Below are positions 55,690 to 64,000 of a DNA stretch of 64,000 bases, piece after piece. Each line of letters starts with the position of its first letter. Position 1 is the stretch's first letter. Source of the stretch: Vicugna vicugna (Eukaryota); contig MU058065.1 in assembly GCA_013265495.1 (NCBI GenBank), forward strand, positions 4,810,976 through 4,874,975, in the 5' to 3' direction. Below the pieces are notes generated by a model. The model was not told the origin of the DNA. It did not search any database and worked only from the letters and a program-made list of their open reading frames with translations. Position numbers and translations under genes: made by a program.

Positions 55690-55951
55690 CACTCCGATAA
55701 TGTCTTATGCTTTCATTACTTCAAGACCTTAAGAGAACAGTGTTCAAGATGCCATTTCAACCTGACCCCACATTTTGTTTTCTTTTTATCTCCTGAAGAG
55801 TCTGATCCTCAGTGTTCCAGGCCAATCCAAGCCAGCCTGACAGAATCTGCTATTTAATGTGATATTCTCCTTGCAGAGATCTCTCAGACTCTTCATATGT
55901 AAGCCTTGGAGTTTAAGCCCTGATATACGGGCTACAAGGAAGCTATCATAC
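55690..55951 (-). pseudogene. Unit 1, TAGT C-terminal exon
   Basis: ttctttgattacag acceptor; YDSFLVARISGLKLQGLHMKSLRDLCKENITLNSRFCQAGL, then a frameshift to QEIKRKQNVGSG; resembles GREB1 HNFIILNV..RFLCDDVDFNLRVHSAGL..MKKQIVVGG. Confidence 0.75.
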
Positions 55952-56132
55952 CTGTAATCAAAGAATTTGCTGTTCCTAATTCTTTTCCAAATTGCTAGCT
56001 CATTAGTCTACCCAGAATAGCCAAGATGGCCTGGCATCCTTTCAGTCCCTGTGAATGTCTGCTGTCTTGCTCTGGGAGAGGTTTTTCTGTCTCCACGCCT
56101 TTGGGTTAGAAAAAAGAATGTTCTGAACTTAC

Positions 56133-56210
56133 CAGGCAGAAAAGATTGCTTTCTAGTACTCAAAGTCCTTTCCTCTGGGGCGACTTCCTGCCTCATACTT
56201 CAAACAGATC
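56133..56210 (-). pseudogene. Unit 1 TAGT exon, 78 nt, phase 2-2
   Basis: ctttttcacttgtcacag acceptor, TG|gtaagt donor; ICLKYEAGSRPRGKDFEY*KAIFSAW. Confidence 0.7.
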
Positions 56211-58199
56211 CTGTGACAAGTGAAAAAGATGGCTCATTCGTTCTTTCAACAAACATTTACTGAGCATGATTTGAGAGCACAAAGTCAAGTAAGACAACTT
56301 TCCTTTCTTTTAAGGAGCTTACCTCCTCACTGGGGAGAAAGATAGGGAGACCAATGATTACAGGAGAAGTGCAAATGCTACCCAACAGGATCGCACAGGT
56401 TAAATTGTGAGCCCAAAGAGGCATATCTATTTTAGAGAAAGAGATCAGAGAAGGCTGCTCAGAGAGCTAGTGTTCTCCCTGAGAACCGAAGGATGAGAAG
56501 GAGTTTTCTAGAAAATATGGCAGGATGGTGTCACTGAGAGAGAGGAGAGCAGGTATAAAGGCAGAGGTCTGAAACAGCATGGCGCTGGGGGGAGGGAGCG
56601 GAGAGAAGTAGAACTTGACATATTGTGCTCTGCATAGTTTAGGACGCTTCAATCTTGCCTAATGAGACCACATTCATATTTAAGGTGTATACATATTAAA
56701 CGGAAAAATAAAACACAGTCACACAAAGAGCAACTGCATGCCACCTTTGAGGAAGTTTGTTATTATTGGAGTGGCAAACACCTGCCAGGAAGGGTGGAGC
56801 TGAGACTGGAACACCAGGCTAGGGCCACCTCATGCAAGGAGACCTTACCTGCCAACAAAGAAATCTTGAAATGTTCCCTGAAAGCCTCAGGGAGACAGTG
56901 AAAGATTTTAAAGAGGATGTGTCATTGTTTAATGTGAATTTAAAAAAAAGTTACTTTGGAAAGAAGTATGGATAGAGTAGGATGGGGTTGATATTGGAAG
57001 TAAAGGAGCCAACGGAGGGTAATCCAGGGTAATAATGCCAAGAATCTGGGTTATGATAGTGGAAGGAGATGTGGAGACAAGGGAGCAGATAAGAGGGATG
57101 AAAAAAGGTCAGGACCACAGAGCTGAGTGATGGATTCAATATGCAGGTATGGCTGGGGTGTGGTATAGGAAAGAGGACTCTAGTCCATACAGCTGACTAT
57201 TGTTAGTCACCAGGAAGGGGCTAACAGAGACAGGACACATTTAGAAAAAAAGATCTTGTTGATGGGTTGAATTTTTATGTCCTGTAGCATATCCATGTGT
57301 AGATGCCTAGTGCCATTTGGGAAGAAGAGTCTTGTTGCTGAATGGCTCCCTTAACCATTCATTAGCCTCACAATTCACTAGATTGTATTTCTTGGAGGAT
57401 ATGATAATAAATTGATTAATATCAAACCAATCCACATATTAGGTAAATATTACTAGCCTCTACGGGGAATAAGAAGGGTTAAATGCATTTGGTGGAATGG
57501 AGATTGAAGTGGTCCTTAAGAACAAAGAAAAGAAGTGACATATACTCTCAGTCGTGGGTCAATGGTGAGTCGTGCTCCAAAGGACACAAAACTGGTGGAA
57601 CAACAGTCCCTCCATTTGCAGAATGTCACACTAAAGAAACAAGGACCAAGAAAACAGTGAAAACTGGGCAATGTCTGCATTGCATATTTCATCTAAAAGA
57701 AGTGGAGGCACCTTTAAAACAGGATTGTGTAATATAATTATTTTAATCACCTACCCATCAGTCCCATAATGGTTTGGTATATGACTAAAGAGTTATCTAG
57801 AAAAGCTGATTGTTTAGACAGGGAAGATTAAGGGTGAAAGTGCCAACTATTATTAACTTTCATTGGCCTAGTCAACAACTGGGGATACTTATTGCATATT
57901 ATACTCTGCGGTTACAAAAGTGAGTGAATCAGATTCACCTCCTGATATATCTGTAGACCTCCATCCCATTTACTAGGAGGTCTGGCCCAACCTGGTTTAC
58001 AAGATTGAGTGAGTTCCAAGAGTTACCCCAATTCTACAGAAAATAAAACTGAGACAGAGTTGTGAAATAAATTGCCAACATTATAAAACTAATTAATGTC
58101 ATAGCCAGGGCTGGACTCCAAGTCCCAGGCTTTTTACAATATACTTCCTTTAAGAGTCAAAGTAGATCTCATGGAACAATTTAAGGTACTAAAATGATG

Positions 58200-58595
58200 A
58201 AACTTCATTCAAAATAGCCCCAAACCAGAAGCAACACAAATATTCATTAATAAGATGGATTAAAAATGTTGAGGTATTCATAAAGTGGAATACTATGCAG
58301 CAATGAAAATAAATGAACTATAATCACATGCAGCAACATAGAGGGCAGACATGAAGGAGTAAAGGCTGCAAATTCCATTTACATAACATTACAGAATAGG
58401 CAAAATTAATCAAGAGTAATAAAAATTAAAATAGCAGCTATCTTTGAGGAGTGGTCTTGACTACTGATGTGTTAAAAATGTGCCCTCTCTTGATCAGGGG
58501 GATAGTTACCACTGTATACATATATAAAATCCCTTGAATTGTGTATTTAAGATCGATATCCTTTGTATATGTTTAATCCTAGATTAAAATAATAA
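58200..58595 (+). mobile_element. Old L1M 3' fragment
   Basis: aatagccccaaaccagaagcaac..tggaatactatgcagcaatgaaa. Confidence 0.7.
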
Positions 58596-59408
58596 ATGAT
58601 GAGCAGGAAAGAACTTGGCAAACTGGTAAAGTGTATGTCAGGCAGTATTTATAAAGCAGTTTCATAAAAAAAAAAAAAACTGGCTACAGGTTCTTGATGA
58701 TTTAACTTCCATTGTTGCCTCATGCTCATTGCCTGCTCTCAGCTCAGAACTGTATTAATTAACAGCGGGACAACTACTATGAGCGTCAACTCTCTGTCTT
58801 TCCCCCTGTCTATCTACACAACACTTCCAGTTATCCTTCCTAAATGTTGGCTTGCCCCATTAAATACCTTCAGTGATTCCCCATTTCCTATAAAACGAAT
58901 CACTAGCACAGATATGGGGTCGTTTGCGATCTTTCACCAGCCAATCACTGCAGCATCACCTCCGGCCTATCACCCCATTCACCTCCGTGCTTTCCTTCTT
59001 TCTTTCCTTCAGTAAATATTTATTAAAGGCCTATTTAGATAAGACACTCTGCCAGGTGGTGGAGAAATGAAAATGAATGAGAAAAAATCTTATCATTTTA
59101 CTGTAGATCAGAGAAGAAGAAGCAAAGATCTATGTAGAATTACAAAGCTAACGAGGGGCCTCAAGGAGAGAGATGAAAGACGTCACGGAGGCCAGAAGGG
59201 GAGTGACAGGCTCAGCCCGGGAGGTACTGTTGCGCGGCTGACGGAAGATGCTGAGTTTTGAAAGAGAAATAGGCATGGTAGATAGGTGTATGGCGGGTGA
59301 TGGCCTTTCAGGCTGAGGGAATCGCCTGAACCAAGGTATGTAGGCAAGAAAGAGAATGGGATCTCTAGACAATGAAAAAAAAAAAAACTCAGAATGATCA
59401 ACTCTTAC

Positions 59409-59998
59409 TGTTCAAGGGCGGAGGTGAGGCGTGGCAGTGCTGGAGTCGGGAAAGGCAGGCAGGGAACCAGCTCATCGAGGTCCTCGTTTGTCGTGCTGAG
59501 GAAGTTGGATTTCGTCCTAAAGGAAAGCGGCGCTCCCAGACACACCCTGGGCGACAGCCCTGCCGAGCGCCGCAGAGTTCCACCGCCACTCCACGCACTT
59601 TCACAACTTTCTGCTATTGTTCTTCTGGTTTCCTCAGCTGCAGATGCCAGCCCCCACCTGGCAAAGTGGTATCCATTGTTCTCAGCTGTCTACTTGACAA
59701 CCTGGAATTGCTTTTCGTGAGCTTGGCATGGACATTAGGCCATCGGCCCCCATTAAGAAATGTTGTGAGACCAAACCCTGGAAGCTTGCTCTTCTGTTGA
59801 CTGTAGCGATGTTGTTCAAAAATGTTGTTTGCTGTGTTTCACAAGGATTCTCTTCATGTGGGCACCAAGGACATGTCTCCCAGGACCAGCAGGAGTTGAG
59901 GTTTCCCAAGCACTGATTTGTATTTGTCTTAATCACACTGTGATTCATTTCAAGAGATGCTTCTTCTCTTGCTTTAGCCCACAGCCCAGTCTGTGCCC
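59409..59998 (-). pseudogene. Unit 1, TAGT N-terminal half exon
   Basis: CA|gtaaga donor; motifs AQTGL, DKYKSVLGKPQLLLVLG, TAENNGYHF and LTSALEQ in shifting frames; 5' edge could lie up to about 60170. Confidence 0.65.
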
Positions 59999-61446
59999 CT
60001 AAGAGTAAAGCCTGTACTCTTTTGGGGGATAAACCTCATCTTGCTTTCATTTTATTTTCTTCTGTTTTCTCAATATCCTGATTTCTGCACTTACCTTTTG
60101 AAGGATTGCCTGTGATTTTGAGATCCGTTTTGAAATCATTCTGGGAACAACTGGGAATACAAATGACTAGATGAATAAATAAGCAGATGAGTTTTATTCG
60201 TTAAGACTCGTCTTTGGTGAAGCCAGCCCAAATAGTTCCAGGCAGAGTTACTTAGTGTCTGCTCGGAATTCTTACAGCTCTTGGTTCATATCTTTATTCA
60301 AGTCCTCCTCTATTCCTTTACAAATAATCTCTGACAGGTTTGTTTATCCCACCCCTTCAGGGCCCCCCCACAAGTCAGGGACAAAAGGTTTTCATTTCCT
60401 GTTATTTTCCCTGAGTCTAGTGCTGTACAAGATCAGGACACATTAATGCTTGGTGTCTTAATAAATGAATGAACAGGTAATGATAAAATGAAAGAAACAT
60501 GAGTTGAACATATATGCCATGAGATCAGGGAATGGGGTGAAAGAATCTTAAAGAAAACAGTAGTCAGGAACCCCCAAGACGAAGGGCTTTGTAGAAAAAT
60601 CTAGACATCTAGATAGTCTCAAGTCCAGAGTGGGCTGAGGATCCAAGGATCATTTTGGACATGGAGAAACAAGGAAAAGGGAGAGAAGGTGGCTGCACTG
60701 ATTTGAGCAGGAGATCAGCAGGGCTGGGTGTCGGACACCGGCCATAGGACCAGAACCAGGAAAGAGATGTTTATCAAGCCCCTGAATTATCAAGCTAGAG
60801 GCTGTGTTTGGATGCTGTAAAAGCAGAGAACAGTAACAACCTTGAAAGGACATGAGCCCTTAATCCTCTGACTAAGGGCTGTCATGTGAGTTTGAAAAAA
60901 AAAAAAGCAGGATTTGAAAATTCACTTATAAAAAATTATGGAAATGGTTGTTGAGTGCTTTTATTCTAGTCTCACAGGTGACTCATATTAAGAAGCATTC
61001 CATATATTGTTCTGTGCATCGCCATTTAACCACGGTTTTCATGGGCATGGAACCTCCTTGGGACATAAAATGTCTCTGCGGGGGCAAAAGGGCAGATGGT
61101 TTCTCCCTCCGCGGTAGATTAGAGGACTGGGTCTCATGCCGGCCAAGGTATTTGCATAAATTCACTCACGTGGTTAGTAGTTAGTGGAACCAGAAGGGAG
61201 GTTTCCTGACTCACAGACTCTAGCACAATATTTAGTTTATTTTGCTGCCTCTGCAAGCTGTAGACAATGCCTGATATCAGCTTACCCAGTAGAGCGAAAC
61301 TCTTCTGGGAGTTTCACTCTAGAGTAGTGACTTCCTGGAGCCTCAGGGGTAAAGTTCAAATGCATCAGCGTAGCATTTGAGGCACCTTCCCAGGCTGCCT
61401 GCATCTGCCCAGGCAGCATCGTTTCCCACAACCTTCTCGGGTGTAC

Positions 61447-61543
61447 CTGTATCAGCTGCTTCCTTCTGAGGGTTTGATCTGAACCATTTCTCCGCCAGAA
61501 ACATAAAGTGTCAGGCTCTTTCTTGACTCAAAAGGTTTTAAAT
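61447..61543 (-). pseudogene. Exon remnant upstream of TAGT unit 1
   Basis: tttgtgtag acceptor, CAG|gtacac donor; reads LKPFESRKSLTLYVSGGEMVQIKPSEGSS*Y. Confidence 0.35.
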
Positions 61544-61586
61544 CTACACAAATTTTGTCTCCATTTCATAAAAATATCTCTATTTG

Positions 61587-61588
<2 letters not shown>

Positions 61589-61618
<30 letters not shown>
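61589..61618. repeat. (TA)n microsatellite
   Basis: Directly visible. Confidence 0.95.
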
Positions 61619-61621
<3 letters not shown>

Positions 61622-62268
61622 TTAAGTGACCTATAAATTACTGTTCCTGATAGCTTAGCCTTAGAGAGAGATTGAAGCCCCAGAAAGAGGCACCATGTTT
61701 ACCCTCTGGCTTTGGGGACTGCCCTACATGAACCCTAAATTAAGAGAGAGGGAGTTATATTACACTGTGAACTCAGGGCAGGGGACATCTCATCCCTCCC
61801 TACAATTCTAGCACATGCCTCAGATTTATTATATATTAGCCAAATGAATGGATGGGTGGACAGATAGACAGATGACTGGAAGGATGAATGAATGAATAAA
61901 TTATATAAAAGCTATGCAAATACAGAGCAAAGGAAAAAAATAAATGGTTATCAATCACTTAGTACTTCTCAAGATATGTCCTATAATTAACCTTATGGTC
62001 TCGCTACCTTTTTTTACACAATGCTATAACCCGTATTGACATAGATACGATAATTTCACATATGATTGGAAAATAAAGACGTACTTATATAACTGATCCG
62101 CTTTTGGCAAAGACCCAATAGAAAACTCCTGAATCTAATTTATCTCATTAATTCCTTTCTCTGGATATTTGAAACAGTCTTTTTTTGTTTTCAGCATGAA
62201 AAAGCAGGAAATATTTTTATCCTAAAAATCCCTGGGGGCTATATTTACTATTTATTGATTGTACTTAC

Positions 62269-62368
62269 TTTAAATTATGCCTTTGCTAAAATTCAGATTT
62301 GTTTCCCATTATCAAGTAGACAAGAGATGGATTTCAACAGAGGTGACTAGGACATAGATGACCATCGA
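62269..62368 (-). pseudogene. Exon remnant
   Basis: Long pyrimidine tract then ...caaaag acceptor, gtaagt donor; stops in all frames. Confidence 0.4.
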
Positions 62369-63149
62369 CTTTTGTTTTGGAAAAAAAAGAACAAAGGAGA
62401 AGAAATGCATTCTTCTATAATGAAATTTAAACCGTTTCTTATTAAAAAGTAGAAGATATTTGGTAAGCAAGGAGTTAACATGTGTCAATGGAGGGTAAAA
62501 AAAGAGCAAGACAAGACAGTTGGTGGGGGCGGTGGTCCTTGGGTGGCAAAACAGAGCTATTATGTTAGGGGTCCCTGAGGAATCTTCCAGAATGTTCCAA
62601 GTGACAGCTTCTTTTCCCTCCCACAGAAATTTTGAGGAAAATTACCTAAATTAACTAATTCCCTAATTCTCTTAATTGTCCCTATTAAAAAGTTCTTACA
62701 TGTACTATATTTAAAAGAGAAAGAGAGAGGGAAGAAGGAACTGAATATATTTGTCTAGCACTGCTCTCTGCAAGGTGCCATCAACAGCTGGCGACCTGAG
62801 TGAGCTGAGCCCGCTCTTCCTCTGCCCTGGCTTGTTGGGAGGATGGCAGGATGTTAGCAACTGAAGCAAGACTGGGAGAATAAAGGTAGACTCCTAGCAT
62901 TTATGGATATTTTGAAATTTGGGGGTTTTTTAATGAAAATGTTGGTGAATCAAGGACATCTACAGTAATTACAAATCAAGTCTTTGGATTAGCCTGGAAA
63001 ATAAAAACATATTGTATATAATATAGTTTGCCTATAAAAAGTAATTTTGTATATATTTTATATATATATATATAAAATATAATGATAGGATAGAAACAAA
63101 CACTTTAAAAAGCTAGAAAATATTTTACATCCATTTTTCTTTTTTCCAC

Positions 63150-63930
63150 TTCCTCCCCGTCCTCTTCTCTTCTGTTTTCTCGGTCTCTCATTTCCCCTGA
63201 ACAAGTCAAGGAAAAGTCTAATTCTGTCCATGAACTTGCCATGTGAACCTAGGTGGATCACTTAGTCTTTCTATGAATGAAGATCAACTCTCCTCCAGCT
63301 CTCTCCTTGTGTGATGTTTCTCTGTTTAATCACAATAGTCTGTAATGGATAAGCACTGCCTTTTCTCTTCTCTCCAGATGCTGCTGTGTGTGAGCTTCCT
63401 CTGCTGGGATGTGGTAGGATGTAGTCTATCACTAGACACAGCAAAATCTGTATGGAGGGAGGATCTAAGGGATGTTGACAGAAGGATATGAGATCTGATC
63501 TATTCAACAATAAATATGTACATGGAGAAATTTCAGGGCAAAAGAAAGGATTGGGGGTTCTGGCTCTGCAGGATAGTGTGGACCCGCTTCGATGGTGTTT
63601 CATGGAACAGGGATATATATCTCTCACTCACTATCTCCTTCTTTCTCAGCAGTCCTTTTTCCCTGTCTACCTTTAACTATCACAATTACTTTCCCTTTTT
63701 CACTACTGTCTGAAACCTTCTTGTTTTTTGTCTAACCCTGGTGGAATTTCAAGTCTTCCTCCTTCAACTCACCCTTGGGTCAACCTCTCTGATGCATCCA
63801 TGGTTGCTGTAATCGTTCTCCACCTCCAGGCAATAGGAGTGTGTCTACTTCTCTGTGCTACACGGGTTGCATATTCACAATCATTTCACATTACGCACTG
63901 TCTTGCCCTGTGGTATCAATTCCTTAATCA
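63150..63930 (-). pseudogene. Probable large exon remnant of the same gene (domain unassigned)
   Basis: Non-repetitive, protein-like broken reading frames (ERYISLFHETPSKRVHTILQSQNPQSFLLP*NFSMYIFIVE; FFCPEISPCTYLLLNRSDL) after acceptor-like cttcatgtttcag; boundaries uncertain. Confidence 0.35.
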
Positions 63931-64000
63931 CTGAAACATGAAGCATCCTCAAGTTAAATCATCCCTCATTCTATGTATACAGCAGATTGAGTACAGCTTC

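Larger units (their letters stand above)
53800..57320. mobile_element. L2 fragments (about 53800-54980 and 56225-57320) flanking two exon remnants
   Basis: gggagtgacatgatctga and cattcgttctttcaacaaacatttactgagc motifs. Confidence 0.6.
1..63930 (-). pseudogene. Decayed multi-exon gene with at least 4 tandem GREB1-like TAGT (glycosyltransferase) plus GREB1 C-terminal units; runs off both window ends
   Basis: Ordered minus-strand exon remnants with canonical splice signals, phase-compatible junctions and GREB1/TAGT-like motifs in the expected order, repeated four times; most exons carry stops or frameshifts. Confidence 0.7.

Noticed and set aside
9876..59998. Calling the locus GREB1 or GREB1L itself
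   Set aside because: Similarity is only at motif level, the module is repeated, and the frames are broken. True mammalian orthologs would be near-identical to human and single-unit.
1..64000. ORF-track entries as standalone genes
   Set aside because: They are short, and most fall in repeats or low-complexity DNA or are chance frames. The few meaningful ones are fragments of the pseudogene exons.

Overview
AT-rich mammalian genomic DNA, probably cetartiodactyl and most consistent with a camelid (inferred from young L1 3' tails and the absence of recognisable ruminant or pig SINEs). It is rich in L1, L2, MIR, MLT/MaLR, MER5/MER20 and one ERV-type LTR. I can support no intact protein-coding gene. 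The main signal is a chain of about 25 minus-strand segments running the whole window. Many are bounded by polypyrimidine-AG acceptors and GT donors, and many join in compatible phase. Translated through many stops and frameshifts, they give at least four tandem units resembling the C-terminal part of GREB1/GREB1L: the pre-TAGT HCxxC segment, the TET-associated glycosyltransferase (TAGT) domain and the GREB1 C-terminal domain. The best reading is a decayed, non-processed (unitary) pseudogene of a large multi-TAGT GREB1-like gene that extends past both window ends. The homology call rests on by-eye comparison with remembered GREB1/TAGT motifs and needs a profile search. Exon edges and repeat subfamilies are approximate.
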